Shown here piece after piece: positions 9,000-17,461 of a stretch of DNA of 64,000 nt. Numbering within the stretch: position 1 is the stretch's first letter; each line of letters begins with the position of its first letter. The notes beneath the pieces were generated by a model. It made no database searches, was not told where the DNA came from, and saw only the letters and a list, made by a program, of their open reading frames with translations. The stretch comes from Deferribacterales bacterium (GTDB lineage: Bacteria > Chrysiogenota > Deferribacteres > Deferribacterales > Geovibrionaceae): the NCBI GenBank assembly GCA_050253075.1, contig JBFWJS010000005.1, positions 1-64,000 of the forward strand. Reading direction: 5' to 3'. The position numbers and the translations under genes are program-made.

Positions 9000-9241
9000 T
9001 GCACCCAACTTGCACCCAATTTTAAAAACAAACACTGATAAATATGAAGTTTTTAGTATTGATCTAATTTCTACGGATCAAAAGGTTTGGGGTTCGAATC
9101 CCTACGGGCGCGTTACTGAAAAAGCCCTATCTTCATGATAGGGCTTTCTTTTTATCTATTCTGCTGTAATTCCCAAAACTGTCCCATTTGAGCCGTTCTA
9201 GCCCCTTTTTTGACGCATCTGCGTACAATTTGCGTACAATT
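9000..9241 (+). mobile_element. att junction 1: 3' half of tRNA-Arg(ACG) (9071-9112) with flanking arm-type direct repeats
   Basis: Core CTACGGATCAAAAGGTTTGGGGTTCGAATCCCTACGGGCGCG. TGCACCCAA x2 at 9000/9011 and TGCGTACAA x2 at 9220/9231. No tRNA 5' half. Confidence 0.88.
9121..9153. terminator. Intrinsic terminator after att1 (probably bidirectional)
   Basis: AAAGCCCTATC-ttcat-GATAGGGCTTT followed by a T tract and preceded by an A tract. Confidence 0.8.
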
Positions 9242-9275
9242 AAAATATCTAGTCACATTACAAAAAAGGCACTTA

Positions 9276-10130
9276 TTATTTTAAAAGTGAGTCGGGCATC
9301 TTTATAAATTCTTTTTTGTTTTTATGATAAGGTTTTTCAGTTGGTTTAAAGATCACCTCACCATCAATGCCTGATACATCAAAAGTTAAATATCCATTTG
9401 TTATTAGATTCTTTATTAAGTTTAAAATATCTTTTTTCCTAAATGACTCTTGCCTACCTAAGTTCTCTCTATATTCTAATTGTTCCTTATATTTTTTGTA
9501 AGTAAACTGATCCCATGAATCAAATATGCTTATTATTCGAGACATAGGGATTTCAAAAGATCTATCAAAATCTCCAGTTAATGAAACTATACTATCAATA
9601 GTATAAGGATCTTTTAGCAACTGTGTTTGTGAGTTTTTCACCCAATAAGTCAAAGCATTGCTTGTTGAGTGAGCCAGACTACTTAAAACTTCCTTAGTCA
9701 ACTGAGCTTCACTAATATTTTTAAATTTGACTGGCTTAATAAGACTTGTCTTTAGTATCTCTGCTTTAAGCTCAGCGAGCTTTCCTTTTTGCTGCTCATT
9801 TTCAAGCCTACTATGAGCTACTTTCTCATCTATAAAACATAATATTTGTTTCTTTTGCTCCATTGCATAGTGATATTCAAAATGAGTGTATGAAATTCCA
9901 CCAAGGCAATCTTCAAATTCACCATATCTGTTATTCAACAGCAAAATAAACAAATCACTACTATCAATTGACTTTACGATATAGTCTTTTGGACTAGAGC
10001 TAGCTGCAGGGAAATATTCCATGCATTTAGGATGAAAGCCTGCTTTCAGTAAACCATCAATGACATCTGCCCTGAAGTTTTGTAAATCTCTGAAAGTTGA
10101 ACTTAAAAAAACTTGATGTAATTTATCCAT
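9276..10130 (-). CDS. DUF4062-domain (TIR/NDT-like fold) protein
   Basis: VFLSSTFRDL…R…MEYFPA…SDLFILLLNNRYG…SYTHFEYHYA; ATG immediately after the upstream stop codon. Confidence 0.82.
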   Translation of the reverse strand: MDKLHQVFLSSTFRDLQNFRADVIDGLLKAGFHPKCMEYFPAASSSPKDYIVKSIDSSDLFILLLNNRYGEFEDCLGGISYTHFEYHYAMEQKKQILCFIDEKVAHSRLENEQQKGKLAELKAEILKTSLIKPVKFKNISEAQLTKEVLSSLAHSTSNALTYWVKNSQTQLLKDPYTIDSIVSLTGDFDRSFEIPMSRIISIFDSWDQFTYKKYKEQLEYRENLGRQESFRKKDILNLIKNLITNGYLTFDVSGIDGEVIFKPTEKPYHKNKKEFIKMPDSLLK

Positions 10131-10131
10131 A

Positions 10132-13100
10132 TTAATACCCATCCAGTTCATGACGTTCAGAGTCATATTTCGCTCTTTTATCGTAGTCTTTTGCTATAGA
10201 CTCGTACAATTCTGAAGTTTTTGGATAATCAATAATAATTTCTTTGGATATTATCCTGCATTTATTAGCGATAGCTCTGTCGTCTTTACCCGGATCTTTT
10301 CTGTCAATCCAAGATGTTCCTTTATTGTTATGAAGTTGTATAATAAACCCTATATTGACATCCTTACTAATATTCTCATTCAGAACCCTAAGTATAGCCT
10401 CTTCTGGCATCATATAACTTTTCACATTAGTACTTTTCGCTAATATATGACCAATATATTGGTCGCCTATTTCTAACCGATCATTTGCCTTACAAATTTC
10501 TCTCGCTTCATGTATCCATTTCATGAGTTTATCAAACTCAATTGCACTATCTTCTTCCTGACCAGGAATCATGTTCCAAATATCTAAAGCATGATAAGCA
10601 TTTTCAGCCTGAGCTAGAGAAACTTCAGCATTGTTCTCTTTAGAATTTCTTGGTTTAAATGCAAAACTGATTAAATCTGCAAAAAAATTTGGATCAGTTG
10701 CTATTTTTCTATTAATAGTTTTTGGAACTTTATCATCATCACGATACTTTTCCCAAATCCGCAAATAAGCCCACTCTAATGTTAGCAAATCTTTTTCAGA
10801 AACGTCTGTAGACTGCCAAAGCTCGTCGAAAGCTTCATTAATGTAATGAGTATCCATAGTGCCAAGCTGTCTTTCTGGTAAGTTTTCAAGCAAAGAAAAT
10901 AATATCTTTACTAATACTGATGAGTCAAATTCTTCTTTTTTCTTGGCTCCAGTAACGTATTCTAATGCTGCTATTGCATTACCAACAGATAAATACTTTT
11001 CAACAACGACGTCTTTATCAAGTGTTTCATTTAAATGGTAAGGGTATACTTTTTTCCAAAAGGTAGAACAACTCTCAGAATCTAATTGAGACAAATATTC
11101 AAATAACTCTTCAATTCTTGAACACCATAATAACACTTCAGTCTTAACCTCATTCTTAACTGAAGCATTATCAAAAATCTTTTGCAGGTAACCTTCTTCA
11201 CTATACACACGCCTTCTTATATATGTTTCATATAGAATTTTATAAGGCATAGAGAAAGAACTTGAATAGTCAGCAAAGTATAAATCCAAACCATCATGAA
11301 ATGAGTGGTTGCCTCCGGCAATCCAACCGATATGCCTAGTATCCTTAGAAATGGATATCAATCTAATAAGACCATCTATCCCATCTTGTTCATATATTTC
11401 AGTTAACGCTCTTAACCTATCTGACTCAAGTTCAGAATCATGTTCTTTCCAATCTTTAGCATCTGGATACTGTCTCTTTACTGCATGGTAGTCATAATCA
11501 AAAAGATAAGAATAGGCATAAGCTAAATCATCAGGCTTAAACTTTTTTGCTAAATCTTTGAGCTGAACGTCTCGTTGCTTTATTGCATCATCGTCAGACT
11601 GTGCACACCTCACTATAATATCTTCAATAGAATCCCAAACTGATTTTCTTTCATCTAATGAGAAATCATTTATATCTAAAGCATTTATTGACTTTACAAG
11701 CTCTATAAACAAATTATCAGGCACCATGTCTGCATGCTCCAAGATAATGTTAATATGCTCACACCTATTCATTATTTTGAGACCAAAAGAAATCAATTTA
11801 TTCGCAAAAGAATATGCTTCACCATAGGTAACAACTTCTGTTTTCCTGTAGTCTCTCCATACTGGTTTTGCAATGCCACTCGCAGTTCCGCCAAATCTTT
11901 CAGGCAATACTTCTTTTATAAGCTTCCATGCAATATTCTCATCGATAGAGTAAATTTTCCCTACCAGGTTAATACGCTCTTCAATAGTAAAATTACCCTG
12001 TGGATGCCAATATAGAAATATTTCTTTCAGGCTTTTAAGAGGCCTATTAACATAATTACTCTCGGTATTAGTATCTAATTTAGCAAGTTCAGCAAGCATA
12101 AGGACCGCCTGCTCATTGTAATCATCTATCCAAACAAGTCTTTCAAGTCCCCATAAAATACCAGTAAAGGAATGTCCACCGAAAAATGCATTTGAAGGTT
12201 CTTCAAACAATTTTTGGACCTTGTCATTTTGATTAGACAAATATTTGAGTGAACGTAAAAACACTGAAGGGGAAGACTCTGCAAAATCATCAATTTCGCT
12301 TCTCAAAGAAGCCCATAGTTCCCAGGAGGTATCCTCATTAAGCAATTCTATTAAAATTGAATCCACATAGGGCTGATTATCGTATTCAATAGCAAGCAAA
12401 CTAAAGGTTTGCTTCAACGAATCTCTTAGATAAGATGAATACTTATATTGTTCATTTGAATATACTGAGTAGCGTTCTTCTATAACTTTTTGAAATTTGG
12501 TGTTCTCATCGCTATAAACAGTTAGAAATGCTTTATGATAGCCTTTCTTTAGCTCTTCTGTAATTTCTGTGGACAAAAAATGCCATGCATCACGAAAAGA
12601 AATTAACTCCCATACACCACCAATTCTGCGTACGTAAGGGTCATCACCTTCAGAAAAGTCCGATAATACTTTTTCGATATAGTCATAATTTTTATTATAA
12701 ATTTCACAGACAATTTGTTTATCCATATCATTATTTGAGTCAAAGGCACCTAACAGCAACATAGGCACCAACTCTTTTTTGTCAAATCCAAGCCAACGAG
12801 GTGGAGTAAATTGCCCGTTTGCTTGTAAACGTCTAAATACCGTTAATGATCTTTTAGAATCGCCTGCGAGTCTCCAAGCTTTAGAATGATCTAATCCTAG
12901 CTCTTCCAGTGCCTCTGTAAATGAAGACTTATCTTGCCTAACGAGGTCTATCGAGTCGCCTCTAAAATTCTTCACACGACCTATAGGAACAATTACAGAA
13001 TGTCCTTTAGATATAGCATAATTACCACCTTCGAATTCTGGAAAAATTGGTATTAAGATTATATTAGAATAATTTTCTACTATATTGTCGTATGCACTCT

Positions 13101-13842
13101 TAGAGCTAACAATTAATGCTCTTGATAATAGGTTTATATTTGAATCAAAAGATTTAGCCGCACAGTAAATAAATGCTAGTCCTTCATCGAGAGAATCAGC
13201 CTCTATAGAGAACACATATCTTTTTTTATCGATAAGTTCTTTGAAAGAATCTACAGCAGCTTGTCTGCCCGCCAGCACCATCTTATCTGAGATATTGGGA
13301 GTTGTAGCCGTACTCCATTTCTCCCACCAGGAGTCAAGAGCTTCAGTACCATCACCAGAGTGTAATCCTATTTTTGAGGCAAACCACTTTGCAACACTGG
13401 GACACGTATTTAACCACGACTCTAAACAGCTAGCATTATACGCCTTAACCGATTGCCAAACTTGCTCTTTATCTTTTGCATCTGCCCACTCAGTATTTTT
13501 ATTGAACGCTCGAGGTGAAACAAATCTAAAATGAGTTGCAGTTGGTTCGACTCCAAGTGGATTTTCAACACGTTTTTCATAGTCGCTATCAGCTTTTGAT
13601 TTAGCGTCCTGACTTACACCAAATTCCCAAACAGACATACCTGTGGGGACATAAGGGTGTTCATCTTCAGTTAAAACAATTCCATCCCAGCCTCCAGTAG
13701 AAACAGCACTACCAGCTGGAATATCTATTTCTTTAACATCCACCGATGCATATATTAATTTCCGTATCAGTAAAGGTAATAAATCCTGGGCATTTCTAGT
13801 TCCTGCCCAGTTTCGAATATGTGATGAATCTACCCAATCCAT
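10132..13842 (-). CDS. Large hypothetical protein with a PD-(D/E)xK-like N-terminus, degenerate STAND-like segment and long helical tail (candidate defence protein)
   Basis: GGWDG…SVWEFG…KADSDYEKR; AGR…SIEADSLDEGLAF lacks a canonical Walker A. GGAG RBS before MDWVD. Confidence 0.55.
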   Translation of the reverse strand: MDWVDSSHIRNWAGTRNAQDLLPLLIRKLIYASVDVKEIDIPAGSAVSTGGWDGIVLTEDEHPYVPTGMSVWEFGVSQDAKSKADSDYEKRVENPLGVEPTATHFRFVSPRAFNKNTEWADAKDKEQVWQSVKAYNASCLESWLNTCPSVAKWFASKIGLHSGDGTEALDSWWEKWSTATTPNISDKMVLAGRQAAVDSFKELIDKKRYVFSIEADSLDEGLAFIYCAAKSFDSNINLLSRALIVSSKSAYDNIVENYSNIILIPIFPEFEGGNYAISKGHSVIVPIGRVKNFRGDSIDLVRQDKSSFTEALEELGLDHSKAWRLAGDSKRSLTVFRRLQANGQFTPPRWLGFDKKELVPMLLLGAFDSNNDMDKQIVCEIYNKNYDYIEKVLSDFSEGDDPYVRRIGGVWELISFRDAWHFLSTEITEELKKGYHKAFLTVYSDENTKFQKVIEERYSVYSNEQYKYSSYLRDSLKQTFSLLAIEYDNQPYVDSILIELLNEDTSWELWASLRSEIDDFAESSPSVFLRSLKYLSNQNDKVQKLFEEPSNAFFGGHSFTGILWGLERLVWIDDYNEQAVLMLAELAKLDTNTESNYVNRPLKSLKEIFLYWHPQGNFTIEERINLVGKIYSIDENIAWKLIKEVLPERFGGTASGIAKPVWRDYRKTEVVTYGEAYSFANKLISFGLKIMNRCEHINIILEHADMVPDNLFIELVKSINALDINDFSLDERKSVWDSIEDIIVRCAQSDDDAIKQRDVQLKDLAKKFKPDDLAYAYSYLFDYDYHAVKRQYPDAKDWKEHDSELESDRLRALTEIYEQDGIDGLIRLISISKDTRHIGWIAGGNHSFHDGLDLYFADYSSSFSMPYKILYETYIRRRVYSEEGYLQKIFDNASVKNEVKTEVLLWCSRIEELFEYLSQLDSESCSTFWKKVYPYHLNETLDKDVVVEKYLSVGNAIAALEYVTGAKKKEEFDSSVLVKILFSLLENLPERQLGTMDTHYINEAFDELWQSTDVSEKDLLTLEWAYLRIWEKYRDDDKVPKTINRKIATDPNFFADLISFAFKPRNSKENNAEVSLAQAENAYHALDIWNMIPGQEEDSAIEFDKLMKWIHEAREICKANDRLEIGDQYIGHILAKSTNVKSYMMPEEAILRVLNENISKDVNIGFIIQLHNNKGTSWIDRKDPGKDDRAIANKCRIISKEIIIDYPKTSELYESIAKDYDKRAKYDSERHELDGY

Positions 13843-14458
13843 TCTAATCTCCAAGTTTGCATTCATAATACAAAATATCTAAACAGCACCTTGGCTAGCC
13901 CGCTTTATGAATTTCCCCATTTTGATTCGAGTCTGCTGCTCAGGGCATAGGTAGACGTTCATTCTCTACCGCAATGTTTAGTCTCTTTCACATCACATAT
14001 TAAACCACAAAGTCACCAATATGAAAACAGATAGCTCGACTAAGAGGGCATGCAAAAAATGAATTTTAAATGAGAGCATTTTTTAATGGATGTGTCGGAT
14101 TAGCACATGACTATTGCAAATAAGTCTTTGCAAAGATAAGTCGAAAAATGGCTGGAGGGATATTCTTTGCAACAGTCATGGCCTTACTCGAAATTTTGTG
14201 TCGAAAAAACCAATGATTAATTTCAAAAAACACACACTATTTTTAGCTGTAAAACAAACAGATACACCACCTTTACATTGTAAAAAAAATACGAACATTT
14301 ACAAAATGGAAATGATCTGCAAGAAAGATTAGGGCACTGGATGGTCGGAAGTGAAAGAAAGAGAATAACAGTAAAGACGGCCTTTAAAATTAAAGTAGTT
14401 GCTTATAAGACAAGCTAATATTATCACAAAATAGATTTATTAAAGATCGTTATTCGCA

Positions 14459-14671
14459 TCAGATATGAAAACCTAAGAGCTTAAGAACAGCTAACATAAC
14501 TCCCATATACACCATAATTTTAAGAACGCTGTTGGCGTTTACACTGATTATTTTATCTGCAATTTCATCATCAGGGGTATCCATTAAACTTCTTGAGGTA
14601 TAGACACCGCTACAGTTTTTGTAATATGTATCATTATCAAAAACTTCGTCATCTCGCATATCATCAGACAT
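14459..14671 (-). CDS. Small protein with a C-terminal transmembrane helix
   Basis: GGAGG RBS; acidic N-terminus and hydrophobic VLKIMVYMGVMLAVLKLLG tail. Confidence 0.55.
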   Translation of the reverse strand: MSDDMRDDEVFDNDTYYKNCSGVYTSRSLMDTPDDEIADKIISVNANSVLKIMVYMGVMLAVLKLLGFHI

Positions 14672-14719
14672 AGCTTCCTCCATTTTAATTTTACTTTTAA
14701 AGCCCAACTTAATACTTTA

Positions 14720-14815
14720 CTACCAGCACTTATATTTTGCTGCGACAACTGTTACTCCGACTGCGATCACAACAAAGCCAATAGAAAGAGTAATTAAAAA
14801 CATTTCAAAACTCAT
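14720..14815 (-). CDS. 31-aa single-TM peptide (absent from the ORF track)
   Basis: MSFEMFLITLSIGFVVIAVGVTVVAAKYKCW*, preceded by AAAAGGAG. Confidence 0.5.
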   Translation of the reverse strand: MSFEMFLITLSIGFVVIAVGVTVVAAKYKCW

Positions 14816-15017
14816 ACAAAGCTCCTTTTCCATTTTTATTAATTACTTAACTGTATACTATAATATATCAAAATTTACTTAATAATTCAATAGTATTTAA
14901 CACCAATAATATAACTGTATATCTTTAAATATACATTAATATTACTTGTAAATATACACTTTATTTTATATTTATTTATTATTTGACAAGCACTTAGGCG
15001 TATATATACTCGAATAC

Positions 15018-15173
15018 ATGAGAGAAAAAAAACGAGAAATGATACACATCAGACTTGATTCCGATGTGCATAAAAAACTTAAAAGTTTCGCAGCAAAAGA
15101 CCACCGCAGTATTTCTGATACAATACGTATGCTGATTGATAAATATATCTCAGAAAAAGAGTCAGCTAAGTAA
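15018..15173 (+). CDS. Ribbon-helix-helix (Arc/CopG-like) regulator (absent from the ORF track)
   Basis: MREKKREMIHIRLDSDVHKKLKSFAAKDHRSISDTIRMLIDKYI…; TTGACA (14983) and TATACT (15005) immediately upstream. Confidence 0.8.
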   Translation: MREKKREMIHIRLDSDVHKKLKSFAAKDHRSISDTIRMLIDKYISEKESAK

Positions 15174-15643
15174 ATCAATTCAACTGTTCAAACATTACCA
15201 TACAACATCACAGGAATGTACAATAACTTGTTTATAAGTATTTTAATTGTATATTCTTAACTATACATTATAAAAAAAATACTTAACATTAAATAAGAAT
15301 TAATTTTCAACCTGTCATTTTGACAGAACGCTCTGATAAGTTATTCATAAACAAAAGAACTCAAATATACTGTATTTTTAAAACAAACGAAAAATAAGCT
15401 AATAGCTTATAATGCATTGGTATTAAAGATAAAATACTAGATTTAAGACTTGATTAAAAGCAGATATGAGATTATACTAAATCTTGAAAGTGAACAAAAA
15501 GAAGGCCTCAGCGTTGGCAGACGCTAAGGCCATGGTCAACACTTTCGTGCGAACGAACTCAACAATTTTATGAAGAGGTGTGTTGTGCTTTTAAGATACT
15601 TATATCTCACACAAAAGTCAACCTCCTCTTCTTTGGAGGAAAA

Positions 15644-16393
15644 ATGGATCAAGAAGACCGCATACTACTTTTCAAAAAACTAGCCGAGCATTACAATATT
15701 GACCTAACAGATGAGCTTATCGACAACTTACATGTTAGAATTTTTGAGAACATGCTTTCTCTTGATGCATTCTCTAATGATGATATTCTTAGTTTTTTCA
15801 TCGCTTCACCTTTTGAGCTGAATAAAACAATTGAAATGTTCAGGAACTTCGGTCACTCAGTTTTAACTTACGCAGACACTAAAGCCCTGTACTTTGGTAA
15901 TCCTGATTTCTTTGATCGCCACTATCTGGACTTCTTTGATTTGTTATACAGAGCTGAAGAAATGAGCATCCCGCACACTGAAATTTTCGATATCTTCAAA
16001 AGAAGCTACAATGATTATGACAAATACAAGCATGCACTCTTCAGATTTGAAGAGCTGGTCATTGATGAGGAAATACTTATCGGACACCGTTCAAACTTTG
16101 AAAAAGAAATGGAGAAGATAAAAGAACTTTTTAAAGAACACCAGACACTTATTAATAAGAGATGGTTAACATTCAATGAGGCGTGTGAGTACTCTAACAG
16201 AGGAAAAAATTGGCTACAAGAAAAGCTTAATAATGGAGATATTTACGGCTATCAAGAACACGGTGAACAGGGTAAATCAGGAAAATGGATTGTTGATCGT
16301 CACAGCATTGATCAATTCTATTTAACTGACAGCAATATGGCTAAACTCAAATTTGAAAAGCTTAAAACTGGGCAAAGCAGAGGTGACGCATGA
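15644..16393 (+). CDS. Excisionase-like HTH fused to an unknown ~170-aa N-terminal domain
   Basis: C-terminus WLTFNEACEY…NWLQEKLNNGDIYGYQE…GKWIVDRHSIDQFY matches the 7690-7986 protein; GGAGG RBS; ATGA overlap with the integrase. Confidence 0.7.
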   Translation: MDQEDRILLFKKLAEHYNIDLTDELIDNLHVRIFENMLSLDAFSNDDILSFFIASPFELNKTIEMFRNFGHSVLTYADTKALYFGNPDFFDRHYLDFFDLLYRAEEMSIPHTEIFDIFKRSYNDYDKYKHALFRFEELVIDEEILIGHRSNFEKEMEKIKELFKEHQTLINKRWLTFNEACEYSNRGKNWLQEKLNNGDIYGYQEHGEQGKSGKWIVDRHSIDQFYLTDSNMAKLKFEKLKTGQSRGDA

Positions 16394-17394
16394 ACCTATG
16401 GCGACATAGTAACGGCACATATTACATACGTTTTGACAGGAACAACCGCAAAAGCCTCAAGACTAAGAACAAACTCGAAGCTCAGCGACTCTTACGTGCT
16501 TTCCAGAAAGAGGCAATGGAAGGCCGACTACTAGAACTAACTAAATCAGAGCTTTTATCCGATTTTATCACTGCGTGCTTACAAGATTATGAATCAACAA
16601 AAACAAAAGCTACTTACGTGTCAATGCGATACAGCTTAACAGCCTTTTTCGATTTTAACGGAGACAAAGAACTGTCTAAACTGAATAAACGTGATTTATC
16701 TGAATTTGTTAATTATAGGATTAAAGCAGGTTACGCAAAAACATCAGTGAACATTGATATAAGAAATTTAAAGGCTGCACTGTCAAAAGCTCTCGAATGG
16801 GAATTGATTCACAATAATCCGTTTTACGGCTTTAAGCAGCTAAAGACAGACCGTCAGGCACCCAAATTCTTATCTTTAGAGGATATACACAAAGTATCCA
16901 CAGCAATAGATGACCCTATCATCAAGAGGGCATTTTTTTTCTACATTTTGACGGGCTGTCGTAGAGAAGAGATTCTCAGCCTTACATGGCAGGATCTTGA
17001 CATTGAAAGGCGTGTTATTCATATCAAAAAGTCAAAGACTCACTTGGACAGATGGATTCCCATAAATGACTCTCTAATGGAGATCATTGATACAATCCCT
17101 CACAAAATAGGCTTCCTGTTTCAAGGTAAGAAAAAAGGAACTCATTTACACAAAGACACTATGACACACAAAATTAAGCAGTACCTGAAGAAAGCAGGCT
17201 TTGCAGAAATGAGACTGCATGACCTTAGGCACACCTTCGCCAGCCAGCTGGCATTAAGTGGAGAATCTCTTCAAACAATACGAGATTTACTCGGTCACAC
17301 AGATATCAGGACAACTGAAATATACGCTCATCTAACAAATGATCACTTGAAAGCAGCAGTCAATAAACTCAAGATAGACATAGGCAAAGAATAA
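16390..17394 (+). CDS. Tyrosine recombinase (integrase 2), paralog of integrase 1
   Basis: TGCRREE, HDLRH, LLGH and TEIY; shares long identical stretches with integrase 1 (KSLKTKNKLEAQR, VNIDIRN). Confidence 0.96.
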   Translation: MNLWRHSNGTYYIRFDRNNRKSLKTKNKLEAQRLLRAFQKEAMEGRLLELTKSELLSDFITACLQDYESTKTKATYVSMRYSLTAFFDFNGDKELSKLNKRDLSEFVNYRIKAGYAKTSVNIDIRNLKAALSKALEWELIHNNPFYGFKQLKTDRQAPKFLSLEDIHKVSTAIDDPIIKRAFFFYILTGCRREEILSLTWQDLDIERRVIHIKKSKTHLDRWIPINDSLMEIIDTIPHKIGFLFQGKKKGTHLHKDTMTHKIKQYLKKAGFAEMRLHDLRHTFASQLALSGESLQTIRDLLGHTDIRTTEIYAHLTNDHLKAAVNKLKIDIGKE

Positions 17395-17461
17395 CAACTT
17401 ATCATTTACAGAAACTAAGCTTGGAACTACAATTACTTATTCTCTTTTTAAAGGCAGGAAT

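Noticed and set aside
9071..9112. Intact tRNA-Arg gene (also considered at 24355-24396)
   Set aside because: No 5' acceptor strand, D-arm or 5' anticodon stem upstream; these are att-derived 3' halves.
14115..14300. ORF 14114-14332 and short TTGCAAA/TAAGTC repeats as an oriT or iterons
   Set aside because: No RBS or recognisable protein, repeats short and irregular, and no relaxase nearby.
14972..15178. Minus-strand 68-aa ORF
   Set aside because: Shadow of the plus-strand RHH gene 15018-15173.
14849..15385. LexA boxes from recurring CTGTAT motifs
   Set aside because: None forms a complete CTGT-N8-ACAG, and the region is very AT-rich.
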